A DNA stretch of 63,557 nt, filler included, from Octopus bimaculoides (GCF_001194135.2; 4 parts of 4 records of this genome joined end to end with filler, not necessarily neighbours in it); one strand, 5' to 3'; positions 50,201-62,294 are shown, counted from the whole stretch's first letter. A program made the numbers and translations. The notes: generated from the letters alone by a model not told the origin.

Positions 50201-50519
50201 TTGAATCCGATAACCCGAAATTGATGTCATCACAACCCGAAATGTCAGACTCTATGCCTAGAGTAGACAGGATATTATCAGAGACACCAATAAAAATGGG
50301 TGTTTTCACGTGCATCGCATTGAAAATTAAGTGAGATATTAACTCAAACTTTTCAGGTTTGCATAAATTGCAAAATAAGTACAAATGCATACCACAAGGT
50401 AAATCGTCATTTAAAATAATCGCAGGCGACTTGGAGGGTGCTAGTGTAGTGTAACATTGTTGAATATTGTATAGAATGGTTCAGTAATATGAAACTTGTA
50501 ATTAATAATAGACACTCTA

Positions 50520-50826
50520 TCGGTTACAACGATGAGGGTTCTAGGTAATGCGATTAACGTAAGAGCTTGCTCGTCAAATTAAGGTACAAGTGGCTGAGCA
50601 CTCCACAGACACGCGTGCCCTAAAAGCATTTCTGAAGGAGATTCATCCGTGACACAGAACGTGACAAGTCTGGGCCTTTGAATTACAGGTACGACTCATT
50701 TGTGCAAAATGAATGGAGTGGAGCAACTTGAAACAGAAAATCTTGCTCAAGGATCCAAGGCGCCACCTGGAATCGATCTCACAACCTTATGATCGTTAGC
50801 TGAATACGCTAACCACTAAGCCACAC
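50520..50826 (-). mobile_element. tRNA-derived SINE sharing the family A 3' module but with a different head and middle
   Basis: 3' module matches 24155-24320; middle GGAGCAACTTGAAAC...CTTGCTCAAGG and head (minus) GTGTGGCTTAGTGGTTAGCG differ from the 24 kb copy. Confidence 0.8.
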
Positions 50827-52243
50827 TATATCGATTTTAAGCTGATTGCTTTGTGAATAATGGGTCAGAGGTTTATGTGTCAATGATTTACAAAACGATT
50901 GGACCCTAACCATAGTCCTAATTGGATCTTGGACTTATTTTATTTCACTTGACTGAAAAATGGCGAATGTGAACGATTGAATCCCAAACAACGAATTTAA
51001 TATTAGTTCCTCCAATCTGTTAATACTTCACATACCACAGTTTCTACACATCTAACACAAGGATTCTTCTGCTCTATAAGAATAAAGGTTCTACTGTCCT
51101 TAGGAAAGATGATCTTTAAGCGTTTTCATTGCAAGTCACAGATATTTAGAGAAAACGTGTCCGATCGTGAAGCAGATACCTCTTTTACTCACTAAAACCA
51201 ATCATGAATCTGCGCCCAAGACGTTTAGTGTGTTTAAATAGTTTTCTCTGATCTCTCTTCTGTAAAATGTAAAATCGTGATTTTTTATTATATCACCGTA
51301 TACTCATTCATTCATTTACTTCGGGTTTATTATTTCTAACCAGAGCAACACTGACAAGATGATGCCCCCTTAATTACAACTTAATCTTCCGTTAGCAATC
51401 ACCATCCACAGGAATTTGACCGATTTCTTCGTTGCGTGCAGCACGTAAGATGAGTGATACAATCTTGAGTGATACAATCTTGATTGTACAAAAAGGAAAC
51501 AAACTAAAAGAAAGTTATTCATGTCTATGTGTGTGTGCGTGTCTGTGTGTATGTATCTGTGTGTTCGTGAGTGTGCGTGTGTATGTGAGTAGATATGTAC
51601 GTATGACGTTTGCGACTTGATTACAAATAATGTAACTGCTAGATTGGGCTTTGTAATCCTGCTACCGATTCACGCCCTTTTACATGGGTGTATCATTGAT
51701 AGGCGCATCGTGCAACAAGTATTCAGGTAGTAACCACACTGAATCTTGCCACACTTCCAGCATAACATTTCTCATTTTGTGTCTTGACATTTTACGCCGA
51801 TAGCTAATAACGGTATGCAACGGATAATAGAAGCGTTAAAAGTCAGGGACGCCTGCGCCGGAAGCTTTCCCGAGTGGAGAAAACTCTTCCAGAGGATCTA
51901 TCTCTGCTTCCAAGATGCATATGCATTTAACCAAAACAGAAGAACCAGTCCATAACACTAGAGCTGTGATACTTAAGCTTTTCCGCTTAAGAAATATCTA
52001 AACAAACGGTTTCCCGCTCCCAGTTCTTGAATGATACTTGACTCAAAGGAGTTATTCAGCATTTAACAGAATTTGATTTGATGTCCTGCACTGTATCCCA
52101 TGACGAAAACACTACTTACTAAGCAGGCTTTTCTAGGATAACTGGTTTAGTAAAAGACAGTCCGGATATATAACAGCTTGTACTGAGTTACATCTTACCA
52201 ATAGTACAAAGAGTCTGAGCTCTATCTATATCTGTCTGACTGC

Positions 52244-52302
<59 letters not shown>

Positions 52303-52330
52303 CATTTGCCTTTCTTTTCTTCTCGCTCTT

Positions 52331-52382
<52 letters not shown>

Positions 52383-53167
52383 TATACGTATATAGGTATA
52401 TATATTACTCAAAAGAGACATGGAAATGTCTACCCGCTAGAAATAAGAGTTGGAAACCTCATTTGGACCACTCAAAATAACACTGAAAATAACAGATTCG
52501 ACAGTGTACGGGTGAGCGGGCCTCAAAAGACCTGTCACATAGCAATATGGCATAAAGCTTCATATTTACTGGAACAGGCATATATGTAGACCGGTTTCTG
52601 GTTTGACATAAAGCTCTTACCTTCCTCAGCACATTTTAACTCGTAGGAACATTTTCACAGTCCGCATATACATGCATACATACATACATACATACATGAT
52701 GGCTGCCCCCTCGTTATCGAGTATGGCCATTTAGTACATGCATATATACATACATACATACTTACATACATACATATATATATNNNNNNNNNNNNNNNNN
52801 NNNNNNNNNNNNNNNNNNNNNNNNNNNNNNNNNNNNNNNNNNNNNNNNNNNNNNNNNNNNNNNNNNNNNNNNNNNNNNNNNNNNNNNNNNNNNNNNNNNN
52901 NNNNNNNNNNNNNNNNNNNNNNNNNNNNNNNNNNNNNNNNNNNNNNNNNNATATATATACATATATCAAAATGGTATGTGGATTTTCCCCTGTTAACAAT
53001 TAACACGGAAATAATAGATAGATTGTTACCAGGGTAGCAAAAAATCACGCAACTAAAAAGGTTGTAACTCCTTGTTTTTAAAGATAGAAATTCCGGTTTT
53101 GCGTGAAATATTTTGTATAATATATCAAAATAAATGTAGTTACACTCAGGTGTTATTCAAATTCTTT

Positions 53168-53256
53168 TACTCCTGACACATGTTTCGAAGATATCACGGG
53201 TTTTATTCCAAAGGAATAAAATGGTGCTAAACAATGTATTCTTCTCTTCGGGGAAA
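53168..53256 (-). ncRNA. Degenerate type I hammerhead-ribozyme-like fold at the Penelope-like element 3' end
   Basis: Minus strand: CCGAAGA (one change from CTGANGA), GAAGA...TCTTC 5-bp stem enclosing a perfect 9-bp TTTTATTCC/GGAATAAAA hairpin, GAAA, C-ATGT-GTC; same sense as the element. Confidence 0.5.
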
Positions 53257-53266
53257 TGAAGAATTG

Positions 53267-53719
53267 AAACTCGTCAATAGGACATTTTAACAGAAAATGA
53301 TCGATATGTATTGTGATTAACTGAACGCTATTAAGTGTGTTTTAAAAAAAGCGTGAGAGGATATAAGGTTAAAGGTAGACTAGAGAAAGAGGAAGAGTAA
53401 AAGAAAAAGAAACAAATAAATGAGAAGTATATAACGATATGTAAATTAAATAAAACTCTATAGGATTCGAAAAATATATATCTAGTAAATGTGAAATGTA
53501 AGAAGAAAATTAATGTTTAAATTATATGACCTTTTATGAAGTAAAGGTGTGTTTCTGCCAATGTATGCACGCTCTATAATCGTGTTTACACGGGGATTGT
53601 TAGAAAAAAAAAGAATAAAAAAAATATTTCAGAATTACAGAGAAGACAGAATTTCTTGCCTTTATCATAAGGTATCGAAATTGAGTGAATCAACCAATCT
53701 CAATTCAATTGTTTATTGT
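53267..53719. repeat. Left arm of about 455-bp inverted repeat (Penelope-like 3' end: endonuclease C-terminus + 3' UTR)
   Basis: Reverse complement aligns by eye end to end with 55731-56194; encodes DWLIHSISIPYDKGKKFCLLCNSE on the minus strand. Confidence 0.9.
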
Positions 53720-55730
53720 AGCCTCTGGGATACCAACTTAATTTACTAAGCCCTGTACTGTTACGTTTATTCATATCCCTAAATGTAGAGTAATGATTAG
53801 AATTTCTTTTTAGATAACTGAGAAGAGGAGCTGCCTGTATAAACAAATACTTCATTACCAGAAGTAATACTACACTGGTATATAAAACTTTTGATTGTAG
53901 AGTTTCTTGACATAAATTTGATTCTGTTGTTATTGATTTCAGACACAATAACCTTGTTATTAATATTTCTAGGGACATAGATGGTATTAGCTAAATTAAT
54001 GTTAGTATTAGTAAATGTATCAGTATTTGAGAGGCTAATATTATGCGAAGAGATGATTTGTAAGAGATTTTTTCTGTTGGAAAAACCAATCCTAACCGTG
54101 TGTGAGTTCATAATAGAGACACCTAGAATTGTTTGGAAAATTATTAATAATGGCTTCCCGAAACTGCAAAGGAAGATTAGATTTAATTTACCTCTCATAA
54201 AGAATAATTAACCAAATGGTTTTACTATTAGTTACCTTATTTTTAGTGTAACTATCTTAGAAAGACATAGATTTACCTTTAGAACGAAAACAGGGGATTA
54301 AGTAAGAGTTATCTTCCTTCCTCTGTTTGGTGTTGGTGTATTAATTAAAATTGATATCGTTTATATCTCTACAACTAGATTTCATGAATCCATTAGTAAA
54401 GGTAGAATAAGATTGAATGGAATTAACGTAGGTAACTTTCTCTGTATAACCTGCTTTAAGTAAGGCAGAGTTATAAAATTCTGCCTTATCATTGAAAATG
54501 TCGACATTAGCAGATAACTTAGACANNNNNNNNNNTTGAAAATGTCGACATTAGCAGATAACTTAGACAATCTAAATGAAATATTCTTAACTAAGTTCCT
54601 AGTAATTGCCCTAGAATGATTACTGAATTGGCTAATGTACTTAAGATTGGTCGATGGTTTGTGGTATGGGAAGTACAAGTTATTGTGTAAGTTAAGTGCA
54701 ATATCTAAAACGTTGGCCTTCGTTACATCATCATAAAAACGATGCTTAAGCCCATTCTACGGAAAAAAAACGTAACTAAACTATTCTTAAGTTTTTGTAC
54801 TTTTTGGTCGGAAGCATTTTGAAGGTAAAGTAAACAATCATCATGATATAGACCTCTATTTATGTTTGGGAACTGTTCTGCTATTTCAAAAAGTATATAT
54901 ATATATATACAGACTAAATCAGCTATTTGTGCTGAATCCGAACTTCCCATTGTAACATCAAAACCATCGGGTGTGTCTTTACGGACCCACAAATTATAGT
55001 CAAACTTTATGATAGATTTTCTGGCTGCCAACACAACATTAACTTCTTCCCTGGTGACACCAGCTTTGTTATGAGCAAGCCAAAGTGCCTTATTAAGTAC
55101 TATTGGGTTGATGAAGGAATAAAACCTAGAAATGTGAAACTGGATAAACTTAGTGCTCCTCTTATTAGTAATAGAACTAAACCAGTCGACGACTTGGAAT
55201 GAATTGGACCATAAACTAAGTTTTAATTTTTTAATTAATGTAGGAACATATTTATCTAGTATATTTTTAGTAAGTACACCGATGCCAGCGCTAGAAGGGC
55301 AGATAAGTCTTAAGGATGGGTTATTAAGAAAAATTGTTTATGATCTTTCAAAATAAACCGAGGTTGCTTAGGATCAAGTGGTTCTGTCTTCATTTGTAAG
55401 TTATATTTCTCCATCATTTTCATAGCCTCAATGTTGGATTTCTTGAGTACACTTTTATCGGTAATTCTATAGTTTTCTAATCATTTAGAAATATTTTTAA
55501 GTGAATATGATTTAAGAAATCTGAGTTGTTTGTAGAGCATGTATTTATATTTTAGCTTTCTTCAGACAGACAATATTTTAATCTTTCTAAAATTTATTTT
55601 CAAGTGAATACCATTACAAAACCTTTCTTTGGTACTTTTAAAAAGTATATTAAAATGAGAATGACTTTAAAAATACGGTAAATATTTCGTAAATGACCCG
55701 TTCATAAATTAATTTGCTTTCTAAAAGACC

Positions 55731-56194
55731 ACAATAAACAATTTAATTTAGATTGGTTGATTCTCTTAATTTCGATACCCTATGATAAAGGCCAGGAATT
55801 CTGTCTTCTCTGTAATTAATTCTGAAATATTTTTTATTCTTTCTTTTAAAACCCCCCTTGTACACACGGTTATAGAGTGTGCATACCGATGTAAACATTG
55901 GCAGAAACACACTTTAGTTCATGTAAGTGATATCTATAATTTAAACATTAAGTTTCTCCTTAAATTTCACATTTACTAGATATATCTTTTTCCAAGACTA
56001 TAGGGTTTTATTTAATATTCATATCGTTATATACTTCTCATTTATTTGTTATTTCCTTCCTTTACTCCTCCTCTTTCTATAGGCTACCTTTGACTTTATA
56101 TCCTCTAACGCTTTTTTAAAACAAACTTAATAGCGTTCAGTTAATCACTATATATATCCATCATTTTCTGTTAAAATATCTTTTTGACGAGTTT
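55731..56194 (+). repeat. Right arm: inverted pseudo-LTR (copy of the element's 3' end placed upstream, opposite orientation)
   Basis: Plus strand encodes LDWLILLISIPYDKGQEFCLLCN and IECAYRCKHWQKH, the same endonuclease C-terminus. Confidence 0.9.
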
Positions 56195-56218
56195 TGGATT
56201 GCATTCAACGCATCTCAC

Positions 56219-56411
56219 CTGCACATATGTGGCAGCTACTTTGAGTACTCCTTGCTACCACGTAACAAGCTATTTGCGATAAAGGACCCGAAATACCTTT
56301 TACGTTGCAGCAAGGCGTGCAAGGAATAGCAGGCGAATATTCCTGTTCTCGGAAAACGAGCCGTTTACGCGTGATGTTGATGCCACTTTCGTTGAAAGCA
56401 TGCGAAATAAC
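56219..56411 (-). other. Candidate 193-bp internal exon of an unidentified minus-strand transcript
   Basis: Minus strand: TTTCATGTTTTTTTTCCAG| acceptor and CAG|GTGAGA donor; one open frame VISHAFNESGINITRKRLVFREQEYSPAIPCTPCCNVKGISGPLSQIACYVVARSTQSSCHICA; CpG-rich unique sequence. Protein not recognised. Confidence 0.45.
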
Positions 56412-57431
56412 CTGGAAAAAAAACATGAAACAAAACTCCGTTGCTAGGAAAGTTTGACATTCCATTTGACACAATAGATCACTCGTAGTCTAGTATATTT
56501 ATATTTGTATACATTTCTGTATGAGTATGTGTGTATTCGTGCGTTTATTGTATATATTGTTTATTGTATATATATATTGTTTGGTAATTGTGTGCATACG
56601 CCTAAATTTATGTACGTATGCTTTCATTGTACGCTAAGTTTTGTCGTTCGATCGCCTTTACTACATTTTCCACCATCATCATCGCAGGTTTTTCATCAGA
56701 TTCTGTCGATGAAGTTGGCATAATTGCATTACAATAGTTATCAATGTATGTCAAATTGCCAGATATTACATATTTCGTTCTGTGTCTGGATATTCAGCTC
56801 TCATGTGTCTACCGGAATTCCATAAGAATCACACGTTTATGGTATAACAGCTGAAACATTGTGGACAATTTTGCCAAGTACAGTGAGCGTTTCAAAGCTG
56901 TATATATTGTGCAGTCACATATAATCGGTTTTATATGATGTATGAGAAATAGATTTTTAAATTACCATTGCTATCTAGTGGGAACATTTAGGTGAAAACA
57001 GTAACTACAACCATGTGGTGCAATGGTGCTATAAACATGAAAAGAGATTAATAATGAAGTAAACGATGTATTAGACAGCAAATGATTAAGACGTACAACC
57101 AGGGAATAAGAGTGAGACACAGTGTTTTATTATATATTTAGTACGATTTGTCTTCATACAAATTGCCAAGTTAGTCTTCGGGAAAGTTACAATATTACTT
57201 CTTCAGTATTTAATGTAAAAGCGTAAGTTGTGGAATTTCAGACAAAATTTAAACAGACACAATAATTTAGACTTGAAATTGTTGCACAAACCACCTGCAG
57301 ATCCAGTTCCCTTAAAATAATCCAATCTTATAATAAAAACTATGAGCTAATTCTGGCTATAAGTTTCGCGTACACACACACACACACACACACACATTTA
57401 TATATATATTTTATTTATTCTTTTATTTGTG

Positions 57432-57720
57432 CGCCCTTTCAAAGCGTAGCCAGGCTCATGGGTCCGGTTTCCCAGTTTCTATGGCGCGTGTGTCCCCTCC
57501 CCAGGTAAATGGGACGGCAGTCCATCACAGCGTTACTCAAGGAACAGGAAGAAAGAGTGAGAGAAAGTTGGGGTGAAAGAAAACAACAGGTGTCACCCCC
57601 AACTGCCGGAGCCTCATGGAGTTTTAGGTGTATTCGCTCCATAAACACACACAACGTCCGGTCTGGGAATCGAAATCGCGATCCTTCGACCGCGTGTCGA
57701 CTGCTCTAACTACCGGGCCA
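57432..57720 (-). mobile_element. tRNA-derived SINE with family A head and middle but a different 3' module
   Basis: 57541-57720 matches 24330-24510; 57432-57540 (GCCAGGCTCATGGG...GGGACGGCAGTCCATCACAG) is unrelated to the 24 kb tail. Confidence 0.8.
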
Positions 57721-57837
57721 TTATATATANNNNNNNNNNNNNNNNNNNNNNNNNNNNNNNNNNNNNNNNNNNNTTAATTAATTAANNNNNNNNNNNNNNN
57801 NNNNNNNNNNNNNNNNNNNNNNNNNNNNNATATATGG

Positions 57838-58660
57838 TTAACCCTTGGTCTACCAGAGAAAATGTATGTCACTAATTACCAACAGGGTCCAATGGACCCA
57901 ATATTTTTCTTTTAATTAAATTTTATTCAAACTTGTAAAAAAATTGTCACCTGTATTTTCAAGTTCTTTTACTGGGTCTTCAGCAACTCTTGAACCTTGA
58001 TTTGTCTCTCTCCCTTTTACTGGGTCTTTTCCAGTGTAGAATTGCATTTTCCAAGTATAAGATGTATATTGCCCAAATTTTAATTCCATATTTCCCTGGT
58101 TTTGAAAGAATATATACCCGGAATGTGCGGCGCCCTCTGAATGAAACTAAATGTTCATCAAGTGCCATGCATGAACTTGGAACATATCCATCTTGCAAAT
58201 TCTGATTCCACATTTCAAATACTTCTCTTATGGGCTCCAATTTATCATCACTTCTCTTTTTTTCTTCTTGCACTAGCATCATCAAAACGTAATGCTTGTA
58301 AAATCTGTTGAAATTTTTTCCGGCTCATAATTTTGTTGAATATTGGGCGGCCATCTTCTTGACTCCATAACTATCTGACATTTTCATGTTTAGATTTATA
58401 AACACCTATAAAAATAATCAGTCCAATCAATTTCTTTAGTTCAGAGTGATCAATTTCCTTCCATTTATCTTTGTAAACAACCTAACCTTTAACATTTGTC
58501 CATTTACGAATTACTTCAAGAATATTCTGGTGCATAAAGATAGTAAAACATGTTTCAATGCTATCGCAAGACCCCTTAGCAAAATACTGCTGTTTGAGTG
58601 GTGCCACAGTAACTGGAGTAGTTCACTGAATAAACATCTGCGATATCACATTTTCTGAGG
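57838..58660 (-). mobile_element. piggyBac (PGBD4-like) transposon remnant, internally deleted, one end retained
   Basis: Minus frames: ELKKLIGLIIFIGVYK..GRPIFNKIMSRKKFQQILQALRFDD..DKLEPIREVFEMW..ALDEHLVSFRGR..YILSKPGKYGIKIW..WKMQFYTGK..DNFFTSL. TTAA|CCCTT end at 57838-57846 and subterminal palindrome GGGTCCAATGGACCC (57885-57899). Confidence 0.9.
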
Positions 58661-59958
58661 ATTCTGTTAAATCAGTTAATTCATGTCTTAGAGAAAAGAG
58701 AAGTAATTATTTTTGTAGCTCCACCTTTTGTTTTAAATCGAAACCAGCGTTATTTGTACAAAAGGAAAGGTTGTTACTTCTCTTTTGGCATTGGAGCCGC
58801 TTGAGTTGAACACCACACTAAATTGGATAAAAGTTGGGAATTACAAAATGTAAATCATGTCTATATAGATGTGAGATTTTTAAGTATCATAAAAAAATGT
58901 CTTCGGAGATTCCTACTGGAAACCTATTTCCTATTTCGACAGCGATATTTACTCTGAAGTATAATATCAAAGGTTTATCAAAGTTACTTTTTTTTATTGA
59001 GTCAGATTCAGTAATTCCATTGGGGACGAAGCAGAAAATACAGGGTCTGGAAACGGTGGCACCGCATGAATAGGCAAGAGTAATAAAGAAGCGATACAAC
59101 ATCTTGATATAATGGAAAAGTACTGGAAAAAATATTCACTTCGCCTGAGATATAAAGTATCTGTTATCCTAACGATATCACACGTTACAACATAATAGTT
59201 GTATATCGTATCAGACATCGTTACAAGAATGTTTACTTTAGCTGTCGTTATTACAGAGATATCAACGATGATAAACGATGACAAAGGAATGGACTAACAA
59301 CATACAATGATCAAATGCAGATATACACCGACTTTGAAAGACTCGAAATAAAAGCGGTTTTATACAATTGGTGATGTCATAGTCGATGGCTGCCATTGCA
59401 GGGGTATTCAAGCCAAGGGTGAGGGTAGGGGTGACACCGTTAAAAATAGTTTGAATTTTTTTATCACGAAAATGTTAAAAATAACAACTTAATTCTGTAA
59501 CTGTACACAAAGATAGATTAAAGGAGACGTGAAAAGTGAAAGGTCAAATTATTCAGAAAAGAGATAAAAACTAAACTCTATGACTCAATAAACAGAAAAT
59601 GGTAAAGTGATTCTATGTTTCGATTCCCAAAAGATTAAATAACAATCATTGTTACATAGAACAAAACAGCAAATTTCACCAAATGTGAATATCTCAGACA
59701 TGAGATGGGTAAGTTCGTTGTCTCGGTTAAAGAATGGAGAAAGAAGGAAAATAAAGATGGATGGAGTAGAGAGAACGGCTGGAAATAATTCCATGTCTAT
59801 TCTCTGGAATACAAGAAATAACTATGTTGACAATGGCGTCGAATAGATCAGAAGATAGCATTGGAAGAAAATACGAAGAGCTCTGAATACAAAACCCTAG
59901 AAAACGCTAAAAACAAACCAAACAACTGACGGCAACAACAAAGAACGCCAGATGTGTA

Positions 59959-60553
59959 TCAGAGGTGGCATCAAAAGGTTCCTGGACCAGTTATGTTTAA
60001 TAAGATGTAACTTATTTACTTTAGCTTTAACCTCATCTCCTTCGAAATAGTCACCTTGCACAGCAATACACCGATCCTAGCATTCCTGCCACTTTTGGAA
60101 TCCGGTCGGGAAGTCTTTTTCCGTAAGCGAGTCGAGGATCTTCTGCAATTCAATCTTGATCTCGACAATGGTGTTAAAACCACGACCTTTGAGCTGCATT
60201 TTCGTCTTCAGGAAGAGATGGAAGTCGGCAGAAACTCACGGGTATGACGCGCTGCCTCGTCGCCGTAAACTTGCTGAAGGATGCTCAATGTCTCAGTAAC
60301 AGATTTCTCAAGTTTAACGCAAAATTTCCCGTTGGCTTTTTATCCAACTTCCTGTCCATGACAAAAATCGCAAACTACAGCATACACCTGATCACAAAAA
60401 CACAAATTTCACATTTGCGAAGTAAAGACAGCGATGTGACTCGGTACACTGCCTCATGAAGGTCACTGCTAGCTCTCACTCCGCACGCAACCGTGTGCTG
60501 CCATCTGCTGGCGCGCTACAGAACTGGTCCAGGAGATTTTTGATATCACCTCG
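59959..60553 (-). mobile_element. mariner-family internally deleted (non-autonomous) element with both TIRs
   Basis: Imperfect TIRs GAGGTGGCATCAAAAGGTTCCTGGACCAGTT / AACTGGTCCAGGAG...TTTGATATCACCTCG, TA on the left. Minus frames give N-terminus MDRKL..KFCVKLEKSVTETLSILQQVYGDEA joined to C-terminus ADFHLFLK.K.QLKG..FQKWQ..DRCIAVQGDYFEGD. Confidence 0.92.
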
Positions 60554-61513
60554 CATTAATTTTGATAGATTCTTTGATAGATTTTTACTAAATGAAACTC
60601 CACACAGGAGAGTAGTCGTCACCAGTAAACACATTAAATTAAGACGTTCTCAGTCAAAATTCACAATGGAAGACGTTCAATTATTCATACCATTTTACAC
60701 ACACATTCTTTTATTTTTTACTTCATTAGAGTGCCTCATCAACGAAACGTAAATTTTACGTATTTGTAGCCTTCTTGGCCATGTGAAAGCTCTTTACCGT
60801 TTTTCGTGGACACCTGGCAGACGAGAATAGCGGGAAACACCGTATAAAATGTATATTTCGTGAGTTTGCTCACTGAGTAAATTTTATGCTATAGTGAACA
60901 AAAAACTTTGAAGAATATTCCAAACTCCAAGAGACCAAACTGGAGAAACAGCTAAATACGATATTATTATTGGACCTCCTGTTTTATCCATCAAAGCAAA
61001 AGAACTAAGAAATCTTCCTGAGAGGTTGTCATATAATTCAAAAACATGTGACTCATATATTAAGAAAGACTATATTTTTTAAAATTCATTTCAACACTTG
61101 CTTCCAATCTTTCAGAATTCCATTTCGTGATATGAAGGTATTTTCAAAGTTTTACATCCAGGATAGATAAATACAGGTATATCAAATACCTTACACCAAA
61201 AATTCTTCATTTCCTGAAATTATCTCCGCCTCTAGAGAACGTGTTACGATTACCAAATGACAATTTGAGACCAGCTCCAAATGAGAAGGGGAGATAATCT
61301 CAAGAATCAGGATCTCCAAAGTTGAGATGCCATTAAGGGGAAAAAATGATTTGATGTCTGGCAATAAGAGAACGGCCGTTGGCATGTGTTTCTACCTTAA
61401 TAAGTGTCATCCGACTTTATCAAAAAATTCAAAGAAATTGTCAGACTTTATATTTCTTAGAAAATTACTATTTGTAAATCTCACAAGAGATATTCAACAA
61501 CAGTACTTTGGAC

Positions 61514-61728
61514 TAAGGATTATTTGCCAACATAATATGGCAGTCCTGGTTTAGGACGAATGTTGCTGTAATTTTGAGCTGAGTGGGAGTGCTAGATTCC
61601 CTTATTCGAAAATATAGGGACACAGATCGTGTCGTATAGCCAGCTAGAGACGATGTCTCCTGGTGATAAATTACAGCAACATTCCTCCTAAACCAGGACT
61701 GCCATGTTATGTTGGCAAACAATCCTTA
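61514..61728. mobile_element. MITE-like hairpin element with about 61-bp near-perfect terminal inverted repeats
   Basis: TAAGGATTATTTGCCAACATAATATGGCAGTCCTGGTTTAGGACGAATGTTGCTGTAATTT (61514-61574) vs its reverse complement at 61668-61728 with 3 mismatches; terminal TA on both sides. Confidence 0.85.
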
Positions 61729-62294
61729 TTTAATATTTCTGTCGACACTTTTCAAACTATTTCTACTTCTTTATTCTTAATTTCTCTAACTTTTGATCAT
61801 CTAAAGTTCTGCATCAACAATTAAAAACAGTCCAAACTTTTTGATATAATTATATTTCCTATTCACTGGTATCCATGCTTTAATTTTCTCAGGTAATGGC
61901 AATACCATGGGAGGGACAATTCCAGTTTGATTCTAAAACACGTTGAATAGTTTCTTAAACGTCGCTCCACACCTTCAAAGTAATCGGTCATCGTTCTTCT
62001 AATTGAAACCAATTCCACATTATACATCCTCACAGACGGCTTTTAATGCTGACATATTAAACGGTTTGGTAAAATTAGTTATACTTCATTACACAAAATG
62101 CCATCTTTAACTCTGTTAATTTAGTTTTCAATGGCTTAAGTGGTCTTCCAGCAACACAACAATTACTCCAATTATTATTAAAAGTTCTTTTGAATTTTCC
62201 AGACAAAATATGATCTTTTACATCGTTAGGAGTTTCCAGTTTTATAGTTTTGCATTTTGTAACATCGGTTTCTACAAGATAGATGAGAAAAATC

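Larger units (their letters stand above)
53267..56194 (-). mobile_element. Penelope-like retroelement (RT + C-terminal GIY-YIG endonuclease), decayed, with inverted pseudo-LTR
   Basis: Minus-strand frames: LKDHK..NNPSLRLICPS, LWSN..VVDWF, ARKSIIKF, FDVTMGSSDSAQIADLV, GLYHDDCL (YxDD-like), NSHTVRIGFS..NLLQIISSHN, VYTGSS..NHYSTF..TGLSK, W.I..IPY.KG..FCLLC. Body 53720-55730. Confidence 0.92.

Noticed and set aside
51451-51482. Direct repeat GAGTGATACAATCTT x2
   Set aside because: Simple 15-bp slippage duplication with no further structure.
59560-59900. ISDMRWVSS resembling the hAT 'TRW' motif
   Set aside because: Single short motif with no supporting hAT blocks or termini.
61240-61300. PFSFGAG resembling a P450 heme motif (minus strand)
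   Set aside because: No invariant Cys, stops nearby, and the region is better explained as decayed Gypsy or flank.
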